IMG/VR virus record: IMGVR_UViG_3300035117_000094 | Location: 39,589 to 103,588 of that record | Direction: 5' to 3' (one strand) | Length of the DNA: 64,000 bases | Origin: a virus | Notes under the pieces: generated by a model | What the model saw: only the letters and a program-made list of their open reading frames with translations | Database searches by the model: none | What the model was told of the DNA's origin: nothing | In this document: piece after piece, positions 56,523 through 64,000 of the stretch | Layout of the letters: each line of letters begins with the position of its first letter | How positions within the stretch are numbered: position 1 is the first letter of the stretch | Position numbers and translations under genes: made by a program

Positions 56523-56635
56523 GGTCCTGAGCGTACCACGCTACTTAGAGCAGGAGTGCCCGTCCTTCACCCAGTAGACCTCGCCGCACTTCCCGCAGGC
56601 CGCCGTCATCTGCCACAGCGCGCGTGCCAGGGCGC

Positions 56636-57037
56636 TCACCGGTCACCGTCCGGGTCCTCGCGCAGCAGGTGCCGCACTCCGAGGACCCCGGCCTCGTCAA
56701 GCCGGTCCCAGTACGCGGTAGCCTCGCCCCTCGTAGGCCACGGGCCAGCTACCGCCCGCTCGTGCGGGAACTCCGGCAGCCCGTGCGTCGTCATGACGTA
56801 CCAGTCGCCCTTCTCGTCCTCCGGCGCCGGGTCCGGCTTCGCGGCCTCGGTCAGGGCCTTGCTCGCCGCCCACCGGTCCGTCATGGACTGTAGCTGGCTG
56901 ACCATCTCCGGCGTGAAGGACCCGAAGGGCGCGTCCGCCTGGTTCCAGTGGTCGCCCGGGTTGGCCTTGAACACGACGTGGACGTAGTCCTTGTGCGAGT
57001 AGCCCTTGAACAGCTCAGTCTCGAAGTCAGCGCTCAC
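56636..57037 (-). CDS. hypothetical protein
   Basis: GGAGG SD. Confidence 0.6.
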   Translation of the reverse strand: MSADFETELFKGYSHKDYVHVVFKANPGDHWNQADAPFGSFTPEMVSQLQSMTDRWAASKALTEAAKPDPAPEDEKGDWYVMTTHGLPEFPHERAVAGPWPTRGEATAYWDRLDEAGVLGVRHLLREDPDGDR

Positions 57038-57357
57038 CAGTCGTTCCTCCAGTCACTCTTCCAGTTGCTTCGCCAGTTGTAGCCGTAGTGCTCCCTTGTC
57101 ACCAGGCATCCGCACCACAGCGGGCTTCCGTACTTGCGCAGCTCCAGCCGGCCGCGCGCTTCCCCGCCCTCGGGCAGGTAATGCAGCGGGCACATGTGCG
57201 AGAGCCGGACCTCGCCGTCGTGCATAATCCGCAGGGTTTCCCGCCATGCCCATTCCCGGTGAACCCGGTGCCTCACGACGAGGTAGCGGGCTGCCTGCCA
57301 GCACTCGCGGGCCAGGTACAGCGGAGCGTAGGGCGTAGTCAGCGCGGCGAGGTCCAT
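57034..57357 (-). CDS. hypothetical protein
   Basis: TGATG overlap. Confidence 0.45.
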   Translation of the reverse strand: MDLAALTTPYAPLYLARECWQAARYLVVRHRVHREWAWRETLRIMHDGEVRLSHMCPLHYLPEGGEARGRLELRKYGSPLWCGCLVTREHYGYNWRSNWKSDWRNDW

Positions 57358-57707
57358 CAGGAGAAATCGTAGTACGCGAACGTGCAGCCCTCGTCGTCGA
57401 ACGGCCATTCTGCGCCAGTCCAGTAACGTCGCTGCACTGACGTGAGCGGAAAGTGGCTTTTCTTGTCACGCCGGGCCTCGACGTACTCCAGGAACTCGTC
57501 TGCGGAGTACGGCGCCCCGTACTCGTCAGTGATCAGGAAGAAGCCGTCTAGCTGGCGCAGCCACGACTGGATGCCCGTGATGCCACGATCGCGGTCCGCC
57601 TGGAACAGGAACTGCCAGCCCATCGAGGACAGCCCGAGGTGCACCTTCTCCTCGGTGACCGTGACGAGGTCCGTGCTCCTGCGGTACCCGTAGAAGTTGG
57701 CGCCCAT
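57357..57707 (-). CDS. hypothetical phage protein
   Basis: HLGLSSMGWQF...DEYG. Confidence 0.65.
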   Translation of the reverse strand: MGANFYGYRRSTDLVTVTEEKVHLGLSSMGWQFLFQADRDRGITGIQSWLRQLDGFFLITDEYGAPYSADEFLEYVEARRDKKSHFPLTSVQRRYWTGAEWPFDDEGCTFAYYDFS

Positions 57708-57913
57708 CAGAGGCCATCTCCCGGGTACCGCGCCGGCTCGGGCAGGATCTCGCCCTTCTCGCCGTAGTTCCAGGGGTCGTGCAGCTTCAGCGCGACGGAA
57801 TGCCGGAGGGCGCCGGAGTCTCCCTCGTCGTAACGTCGCCGGGCGTCAGCGGCGAGCGCGCCGACGATGGCTAGCTGCTTGTCCGTCAGGGCGTACCCCT
57901 GGTAATCCGTCAT
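57707..57913 (-). CDS. hypothetical protein
   Basis: GGAGG SD. Confidence 0.55.
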   Translation of the reverse strand: MTDYQGYALTDKQLAIVGALAADARRRYDEGDSGALRHSVALKLHDPWNYGEKGEILPEPARYPGDGL

Positions 57914-57922
57914 GCCTGCCTC

Positions 57923-59590
57923 CTACGCTACGGTCTTGCCGAGGTCATAGCCCCTGTGCCGCCTGTTGAGCACGTACGCCGCCAGGGTGCCGCTTGTCAC
58001 GGGCGTGATGTCCGACTCGCTGTCGCGCCGCGACCACGCCTTGCCGCCGTCACCGAGTACCCGGGTCTGCGCCCGGCCCATCGCGTGCCACAGGGTCGGG
58101 GCGCCCTCCTCGCCGAAGTGGGAGATCATCCCCGCCTTGACCTGCTGCATGAACCAGGCGAAGGCCGCCGCCTCTTCAGCGGCCCCGATCTCTATAAGCC
58201 GGTCGCCCCACTTTTTCTTCCCTTCCTGGATGATTCCCGCCGCCGGCCCGCTCTTGGGCATCGCGACGCCGATCGGGTGCCACTTCCGGTAGAGCCGGTC
58301 CAGCTCGTCCAGCACCCAGTCCGACCCGGAGCGGGAGTCGTCGCGGGGGATCTCGATGACGACGGGGTCCTTAACGCTGCGCGACCAGGCGGAGGAGATG
58401 GTGGCGCTCTTGCCGTCCTCGTCGATGTCGCAGGCGAAGGCGATCGGCTGGACGGGGAAGCCCGGGTTCGCTACGGTGAGGGACTTCCACTTCTCCTGGC
58501 TGATGACGGACCAGGCTTCCTCGTCGGCTGGCCACTCGCCGACGCCGTTCCGCTCGCGGTCGAACTCGCCCTCGGGCATCTTGTGCAGCTCGCGGCGGGT
58601 GAACGACGTCCGGATCCGGTAGCCGGTGCCCGGGTTGGACTTGGCCCAGGACCGGGGATCGTCACGGTCGTCGTGCTTAGCGCACGTGATGTAGTAGTTG
58701 GTGCGGCGCCCGTTAACCTCGTCGCGGGGGCAGTCATCGGTGTGGGGGCTGATGCTGTACTCGGCGCCGAACATCTCCGGGGCCTTGCGGAGCATGTCCT
58801 TGCGGGCCTTGGCCAGCTGGAACGAGTCCTTCAGGCCAGCGGACCCGGCGAGGATGGTCTGCGGGTTCGGCATGGCGGACATGGTGGGCATGCTGGCCCC
58901 GACCTGCTCGTCCGTCAGGATCATCGCCTCGTCGTAGATGAGGCAGTCAGCGCTGAACCCCCGGCCGCCGCTCGACCCCTGCCGGGCGTGGAAGTACAGG
59001 GTGCTGGCCACCCGGCGACGGATCTGCCGTCCCCCGGAGCCGAAGATCAGGGTCGGCTGGGCGAACAGCTCGATGGCCTCCTCGCCGTGCGACCCGGCGA
59101 TCCTCTTCACGCGGCGCCGGAGGGCCGGGTACTCGTTCAGCACCTTCTTCAGCCGGCGGAAGTGGTTGAGGGAGGTCTTGAACTGGTGACTAGTGTGAAT
59201 AAGCGTTTCCTCGCCGATCACGAACATGCCCGCCAGCTCGCGTACTTCGAGGATCGTACCCTTCCCGTTCTGGCGGGGTACTATAAGCAGGCAGTCAGGA
59301 GCGGCCCACGTGCCATCCGGCTTCACCGACAGGATGTTCGTGACGGACCACTTCTGCCACGGGTCCAGCTCGTAGCCGAAGCCCTCTGCCCAGGCAAGCG
59401 CGTCCACGGCCTGAGCCTCGCCGCAGCCAGTCTCGCGGCGCTTCTCGTTAGCCTCAATGAGGCACATGACGCAGTCTTCGGCCGGGAGCTTGTGCCGGTC
59501 CGGCTCGACGAAGAAACGGGGAACCTGGCTGCCGAACAGCGGGCCGTCGATCGTAGTGCCGTCCGGCAGCTCGATCAGCTCAGCCTTCAC
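57923..59590 (-). CDS. terL: terminase large subunit
   Basis: PRQNGKG Walker A, LIYDEA Walker B, FACDID nuclease. Confidence 0.95.
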   Translation of the reverse strand: MKAELIELPDGTTIDGPLFGSQVPRFFVEPDRHKLPAEDCVMCLIEANEKRRETGCGEAQAVDALAWAEGFGYELDPWQKWSVTNILSVKPDGTWAAPDCLLIVPRQNGKGTILEVRELAGMFVIGEETLIHTSHQFKTSLNHFRRLKKVLNEYPALRRRVKRIAGSHGEEAIELFAQPTLIFGSGGRQIRRRVASTLYFHARQGSSGGRGFSADCLIYDEAMILTDEQVGASMPTMSAMPNPQTILAGSAGLKDSFQLAKARKDMLRKAPEMFGAEYSISPHTDDCPRDEVNGRRTNYYITCAKHDDRDDPRSWAKSNPGTGYRIRTSFTRRELHKMPEGEFDRERNGVGEWPADEEAWSVISQEKWKSLTVANPGFPVQPIAFACDIDEDGKSATISSAWSRSVKDPVVIEIPRDDSRSGSDWVLDELDRLYRKWHPIGVAMPKSGPAAGIIQEGKKKWGDRLIEIGAAEEAAAFAWFMQQVKAGMISHFGEEGAPTLWHAMGRAQTRVLGDGGKAWSRRDSESDITPVTSGTLAAYVLNRRHRGYDLGKTVA

Positions 59591-59753
59591 GGGTGACCGC
59601 CGTGAGCCGCAGTTCCTGGATCCTGCGCACGGCGGCCCGCGCGAGGCCCCTGTAAGCATCCGGGAGCAGCGGCACGCCGCGCCTGTCGCACAGCCACAGG
59701 TTCTCGTCTATCAGCGCGCAGGCTACCGCCTCAACGACCTCGTCCGTTGTCAC
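59580..59753 (-). CDS. small leaderless hypothetical protein
   Basis: TAGAAT 6 nt before GTG; read by hand. Confidence 0.45.
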   Translation of the reverse strand: MTTDEVVEAVACALIDENLWLCDRRGVPLLPDAYRGLARAAVRRIQELRLTAVTREG

Positions 59754-59914
59754 GGAGCCATTCTACGAGCACGTACGGCTAGACCGCGTCGTCCAGCTCG
59801 AACAGCCCTAGCGGAACGTGGTAGACAGCGGTTACCGTACCCGCGTCATCGCGCAGCACCTTGTAGTAGGCATTGCCCGTCAGCAGCATCTCCAGGGCCT
59901 CAGCGCTCCCGTTG

Positions 59915-60241
59915 TCAGCCTGCATAGCGAGCGCCCTTGATGAGGTTGCACTCCCGGCACAGCAGCTGAAGGTTGGCCATCTCAGTCGGCCCGCCCCACG
60001 ACCAGGGTGTCACGTGATCGAAGTGAGCCTGACAGGGAACGGGGTGCCGGGTCCTGGTGACGCCGCGCCCGCAGTGCCTGCACCGGGCGCCGTCGCGACG
60101 GAAGACCAGGCGCTTCTGCTCGTCAGTGGCGAAGCGCTGCGGCAGGGCCGGAGGCGAGTCCGGGGTGATAACGCGCTCACGCGCCCTGCTGACGAGGCAG
60201 ACCAGGACGATGAGCACGATCACCGTGAGCACGGCACTCAC
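59915..60241 (-). CDS. HNH endonuclease with N-terminal hydrophobic helix
   Basis: RDGARCRHC...DHVTPWSWGG...NLQLLCRECNLIKG. Confidence 0.88.
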   Translation of the reverse strand: MSAVLTVIVLIVLVCLVSRARERVITPDSPPALPQRFATDEQKRLVFRRDGARCRHCGRGVTRTRHPVPCQAHFDHVTPWSWGGPTEMANLQLLCRECNLIKGARYAG

Positions 60242-60666
60242 CGGCCCCACAGCCCCGCGAACTTCCACAAGACGATCGCGACAGGCGTCATGCCGTGGCG
60301 GGTGCACCACGTGCCCGTCCTGTCGATCCGGCTGGTGACCGCGAGCCGGACGCGGATGCGCCGGGGCAGCGGCGTCAGGAGCACGGGAGGCTTCCCCGCG
60401 ACCTCACTGAGCGCCCTTGCCATGGCGTAGCCCAGGTCTTCCATGGTGCGCTGCGGAGGTTCGAACCGGAGCCGGATCTCCTGGCCTTCCCGGAGGTTCT
60501 TCTCGAACATGTCGTTGAGGCTGCCGGTAAGCGGAGCGGATTCCAGGCTGGCCAGGGCGCCCATCACGTCCTCGCCCGGCCGGGCGCCCGATCCGCGCAA
60601 TGACTCCGTCCTCATCCAGATGCCGAAGTCGCCCGCTTCCGCAGCGGCCTTCTCGTCTTCGTCCAC
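60238..60666 (-). CDS. hypothetical protein
   Basis: GGAGG SD, overlap. Confidence 0.55.
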   Translation of the reverse strand: MDEDEKAAAEAGDFGIWMRTESLRGSGARPGEDVMGALASLESAPLTGSLNDMFEKNLREGQEIRLRFEPPQRTMEDLGYAMARALSEVAGKPPVLLTPLPRRIRVRLAVTSRIDRTGTWCTRHGMTPVAIVLWKFAGLWGR

Positions 60667-60687
60667 GGCTACCTCCGGGGGATCGGG

Positions 60688-61035
60688 TTAGGCACCGGAA
60701 TGTTCCACTCCGGGCACTTCAGGGCCGCTGGCAGGAACCGGCTGAATACCCGGCACAGCCTCACGTGGCGCGGGGGCGCGCAGTGCGGGCGCAGCGGCCA
60801 GCGCTTGTACGCCGCTAGCAGCGTCTTCATGGTCATCGTCACCCTCCTGGAGTAGCCCGGTGAACGCACGCCAGGCTTGAGCCGGGTAGCGCACTCGCGG
60901 GCCGGCCGGGTTTACCGAGTCGCGCACCATGACGGCGCCCGTAGCGGGAGCCACTTCGACGCACGCGCCGTTGTGAATGCTCCGGCGCGACTTGCGCCAG
61001 CCGGCGTCCTTGCGGCGCGTGCTGCCCATGCTCAC
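60688..61035 (-). CDS. DUF397 domain protein
   Basis: WRKSRRS...GACVEVA...VRDS.NP.GP...AW.AF. Confidence 0.88.
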   Translation of the reverse strand: MSMGSTRRKDAGWRKSRRSIHNGACVEVAPATGAVMVRDSVNPAGPRVRYPAQAWRAFTGLLQEGDDDHEDAASGVQALAAAPALRAPAPREAVPGIQPVPASGPEVPGVEHSGA

Positions 61036-61038
61036 TGC

Positions 61039-61064
61039 AACCTCCGGGCTATCGGCTATATTCC
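61039..61064 (-). promoter_or_regulatory. sigmaR/SigH-type promoter GGAAT-N18-GTT
   Basis: Perfect consensus directly upstream of DUF397 gene. Confidence 0.7.
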
Positions 61065-61472
61065 GCTCTGCTCGCGCATGCGGCGCTCGCGGTCCTCGCG
61101 GGCCTTGGTGGTGGGGTCGTCAGCCTCCTGGGCGGGGAACAGGTCCCGGAGCTGCATGTACCCGAGGCGGATGTCCTTGGTGTAGAGGGTCATCTCGCGC
61201 GGCGGTACCTCGTCGGCGTCCACCTGCGCGGCCAGCTTCACCATGGACTGGGCGATGGCCGTCTTAGCCGCCTCGGGCGGCAGCGTGTCCAGGTCATCCT
61301 GAACGGCCTGCCCGAGCGGCCCGAGGATCACCGGCTCGTTCTCGGCGAGCAGGCCGCAGTCACCGCACAGGTAGACGCCGGCGGACTTGCGGAACACGTG
61401 GTCGCCGGAGTCGATCTTCTTCTTGCACCAGCGGCAGGAAGTCGCCCGGGCCACGTCCATCCAGTTGGCCAT
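61056..61472 (-). CDS. putative terminase small subunit with N-terminal Zn finger
   Basis: CRWC...CGDC then LAAQVD...RERR helical part; upstream of terL. Confidence 0.6.
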   Translation of the reverse strand: MANWMDVARATSCRWCKKKIDSGDHVFRKSAGVYLCGDCGLLAENEPVILGPLGQAVQDDLDTLPPEAAKTAIAQSMVKLAAQVDADEVPPREMTLYTKDIRLGYMQLRDLFPAQEADDPTTKAREDRERRMREQSGI

Positions 61473-61631
61473 GACCTAATGCTAGCCTGACGGCCATCAG
61501 GCTGTCAGTCCTCGTCGTCCTCAATGATCGTCTCGCCGGTCACGGTGACGACGTCGTGCGATCCCTCGCGGAAAACCCGGTCATCCTCCCCCAGCTTAAC
61601 CACCCTGGCCCCGGTACGACGGTTAACCGTC

Positions 61632-61862
61632 TCACGGTGAAGCTTCTCCTGGCGCACTACCGGGTGCTTGTTCCACATGGCCTGCTCCTTCTCGTTGCGC
61701 GGTCGCTCCCGCTCCTGGTACCTCTCGCCGGGCAGCCAGCAGCCGGTCGTGCTCTGCCCGCGCCCGGGCGCCCTCAGCGTGGTACGGCCCGTTGCCCCCG
61801 GTACCGAAGTACCCCCTGTAGTACTCGCTGCGCCGGTTACCGCTCTTGCCCGACGCGCTCAT
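61632..61862 (-). CDS. hypothetical protein
   Basis: Adjacent to upstream stop. Confidence 0.45.
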   Translation of the reverse strand: MSASGKSGNRRSEYYRGYFGTGGNGPYHAEGARARAEHDRLLAARREVPGAGATAQREGAGHVEQAPGSAPGEASP

Positions 61863-61863
61863 G

Positions 61864-62499
61864 TCAGAGCCTCGTCCGGGCTGGGCTGGCGACGGGGCCG
61901 CCGCTGAACGTCAGGGGGCCGCTCAGCACGTGCACGCTGTCGCCTGCGCGGACGAGTTCCAGGCCGACCGTCCCTGTTGTACCGGCGTCCACCATCTCAG
62001 CTACCTGCACGAACTCCGCCAGCGATGCTTCCTCGCCCGCCATGCGCAGGCTGAACGCGCCCGGGTTACCGAACTCCAAGCCGTGGACCACGTAGTCCTT
62101 CAGGGAGCCAATCGTCAGCGAGCCGTCTACCGCCTCCGTAAGGACGCGCGTGCCCCACGGGTCATCGTCGCCGGCCGGCACGTAGCGGACGGTCACCGTG
62201 ACTAGGTCGAGGCCGCGCTCCTCCGCGATAGCGGCTGTGGCCTCCGGGTCCGCGAGGATGGCCTCGGTCTCGGCCGCCGATTCGAGAACCCGGATCTCCT
62301 GCTGGAGGTAGAAGACCGCCTGCTTCAGGTCTTGCAGGTGACGGCCTTTCGCTGGCCGGCCGATGTACTTCAGCACGTTGAACAGGTAGGCGTTCCTGTG
62401 CAGGCCCCACGCCTCGGCCACCTTGATGACCTCGTACGGGTTGTCCTTGCCGCCGTAGTAGGGCGGGTGGTTCACCGGGTCGAACTCGCCGTTGCTCAT
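61864..62499 (-). CDS. DUF3310 domain protein with C-terminal extension
   Basis: DPVNHPPYY...NVLKYIGR...DLKQAVFYL. Confidence 0.85.
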   Translation of the reverse strand: MSNGEFDPVNHPPYYGGKDNPYEVIKVAEAWGLHRNAYLFNVLKYIGRPAKGRHLQDLKQAVFYLQQEIRVLESAAETEAILADPEATAAIAEERGLDLVTVTVRYVPAGDDDPWGTRVLTEAVDGSLTIGSLKDYVVHGLEFGNPGAFSLRMAGEEASLAEFVQVAEMVDAGTTGTVGLELVRAGDSVHVLSGPLTFSGGPVASPARTRL

Positions 62500-62538
62500 C
62501 GCGTCCTCCGGGTCGTCAGCTATCTGGTGCTGATCGTC

Positions 62539-62564
62539 AACTAGCTGACGGTGCTGTCTATTCC
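62539..62564 (-). promoter_or_regulatory. sigmaR/SigH-type promoter GGAAT-N18-GTT
   Basis: Perfect consensus upstream of DUF3310 gene. Confidence 0.7.
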
Positions 62565-62993
62565 GGGCGGGTCCGTATGCGCCCACCGCGCGTGCACCTC
62601 GGCTGCCCGGGCGGCGAGGCCCGGATCTGGCTCCTCGTTGCGGCCCGCCCCGGTGATGACGGCGATGTCGGCGCCGAGCAGGGCGGCAAGGACGTTCTCG
62701 GCGCCGTCCACGGCGATCTTCAGGCGCCGCCGCTCAGCGCGCAGGAGGGCATGCCCATTGCCGGCTACCCAGCCGCGAACGTGCATGACGTGCTCACGCA
62801 GGAGCCGGCGGCACTCGATCAGGTCCAGGTCCTGGCGGCGCTCCCGGAGCAGGGGCAGCAGCTCGTGCTTCCGCATGTCAGCTAGCGAGGCGGTCTCCGT
62901 CAGGATCACCCGGCCCGCAGGATCGTCAAGCCACCACTGGCTTACCTGGTAAGTCTTGCCGTACTGCCGGGGCCAGACCAGCCAGCGGATCAT
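62541..62993 (-). CDS. small P-loop protein (terminase-like Walker A)
   Basis: PRQYGKT; IAVDG. Confidence 0.6.
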   Translation of the reverse strand: MIRWLVWPRQYGKTYQVSQWWLDDPAGRVILTETASLADMRKHELLPLLRERRQDLDLIECRRLLREHVMHVRGWVAGNGHALLRAERRRLKIAVDGAENVLAALLGADIAVITGAGRNEEPDPGLAARAAEVHARWAHTDPPGIDSTVS

Positions 62994-63211
62994 GCCCGGC
63001 CGCCTGACCCGTGCTCGCGCCGGCGCTGGTCGGGCACGTTGTCCTGCACTTCCAGCGGCTCGACGTGGACGCCCTTGAAAGTCTTGCGGAGACGGCCGGC
63101 TTCCTCATCGGCGCTGCCCCGGGTGACGTGCGGGTTGACCAGCTCATCAGTCTCGACCCCGGTGCCGTTCTTGTCCCTGATGAACGTCCCGAAGATCTTC
63201 GGCTTCGCCAT
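62990..63211 (-). CDS. hypothetical protein
   Basis: GAGGAG SD. Confidence 0.55.
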   Translation of the reverse strand: MAKPKIFGTFIRDKNGTGVETDELVNPHVTRGSADEEAGRLRKTFKGVHVEPLEVQDNVPDQRRREHGSGGRA

Positions 63212-63242
63212 GTCGTGCTCCTCTCTCGGCGCCTGTCCTGCG

Positions 63243-63324
63243 TGGAGCTGCCGGGAGTCGAACCCGGGTGCGGTCCGGGCCTCCGACGTGCGGCTTTAAC
63301 CCGGCGACGAATCCGTCCAGCCCC
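63243..63324 (-). ncRNA. minimal tmRNA-like RNA (tRNA-like domain only)
   Basis: GGGGCTG/CAGCTCC-A with G3-U70, unpaired GGATTCG D-loop, CCGGG-TTCGACT-CCCGG. Confidence 0.8.
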
Positions 63325-63331
63325 CTGCTAC

Positions 63332-63399
63332 CATTGCCGCCCGGATTCGAACCGGTCCCCTCCGTGAGGGGCGTGCCATCCCTGATGCACCGGGCTGAT
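63332..63399 (-). ncRNA. degenerate tRNA-like element
   Basis: D stem GTGC/GCAC, CCCCTC-ACG-GAGGGG, CCGG-TTCGAAT-CCGG, poor acceptor stem. Confidence 0.55.
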
Positions 63400-63412
63400 C
63401 CCGTGAGCGTGG

Positions 63413-63592
63413 TCAGCGCTCCCAAGCCCGGACTGCTAGCGCCGGACCTTCAGCATACCCGGCCCTGCGCAGTACCTCGCGCGCCACGGCGGCAGCCTCG
63501 TCCCGCTCGTCGGCGGCGATTTGCCCGGGGCTGCGCAGCGGCAGGTAGTCCAGCAGGAAGATCCCGGAGTCGTAGAGCAGGTCAGCGGCCAT
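63413..63592 (-). CDS. 59-aa leaderless hypothetical protein
   Basis: TACACT 6 nt before ATG; read by hand. Confidence 0.5.
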   Translation of the reverse strand: MAADLLYDSGIFLLDYLPLRSPGQIAADERDEAAAVAREVLRRAGYAEGPALAVRAWER

Positions 63593-64000
63593 GAGGGCAG
63601 TGTATAACGGCCTGGCAAGCCCTCGCGAAAGCCCCGGAAACCAGGCACATTCGCGTGAATTACCCTGGATAATGGCTAGCCCGGCAGGATCCGACGAATT
63701 ACCCGGAGATCCGTAAAGAGACTGATACGGAGCGTTACTAGCAGGGCAAGACTGCCGAGCTGGTCGTTGTCACGCTGCGCTGACCTGGCGTTACGACGAG
63801 TGCTCGAACAAAAGTAGGACGGTTTGCGGACTGATTAAGCTACGGTGGCGTAACCTACGATAGCGTAAGTAGTTGCACGTGCATCTATGCAGGTCAGAGG
63901 CCCGTTTGGAAATCAAACTCGCCAGGATGTCACTGCCTGCGACGAGGGGCGACCCTCTGTTGTCGAAGGGGCTTTCGAATCGGGGAGAGAAAACCGTCAC

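Noticed and set aside
21599-59596. Long plus-strand ORFs opposite structural genes (e.g. 23323-25335, 54554-56407, 57956-59596)
   Set aside because: Antisense shadow ORFs caused by high GC3 bias, with no recognisable motifs
63243-63399. Permuted two-piece tmRNA or an ssrA attP site
   Set aside because: The 5' GGGGCTG pairs with the downstream CAGCTCC in standard order; both ends are present and no integrase is seen in the window
63600-64000. Possible genome terminus, cos site or origin in the lower-GC non-coding end
   Set aside because: Plausible by position, but no terminal repeat or iteron can be shown from this window

Overview
High-GC actinobacteriophage (siphovirus-type, HK97-like head) genome segment; the DUF397 gene and promoter types point to a Streptomyces-like or other filamentous actinomycete host. 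Plus strand 1-21.4 kb: replication, nucleic-acid and regulatory arm (D5-like primase/helicase C-terminus, PF10127-type nucleotidyltransferase, Cas4-like exonuclease, SSB-like protein with PQQGY repeats, SNF2 helicase, PLD nuclease, RNA ligase, ECF-like sigma factor, RuvC-like resolvase). Minus strand 21.4-63.6 kb: virion arm (terminase, portal, protease, capsid, connector, tail tube, frameshifting chaperone, tape measure, very large Dit/LamG/Gly-rich tail proteins). It is interrupted by a large glycosyltransferase/methyltransferase/epimerase cluster and a KcsA-like channel with an altered filter. Most striking are five tRNA-shaped RNAs that all lack a usable anticodon, including an ~83-nt tmRNA reduced to its alanine-accepting tRNA-like domain. 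Also notable are 15 GGAAT-N18-G(T/C)T sigmaR/SigH-type promoters and a shared structured leader on the capsid and tail-tube genes. No integrase, canonical endolysin or CRISPR array was seen. All family calls are from motif recognition by eye; no database search was run.
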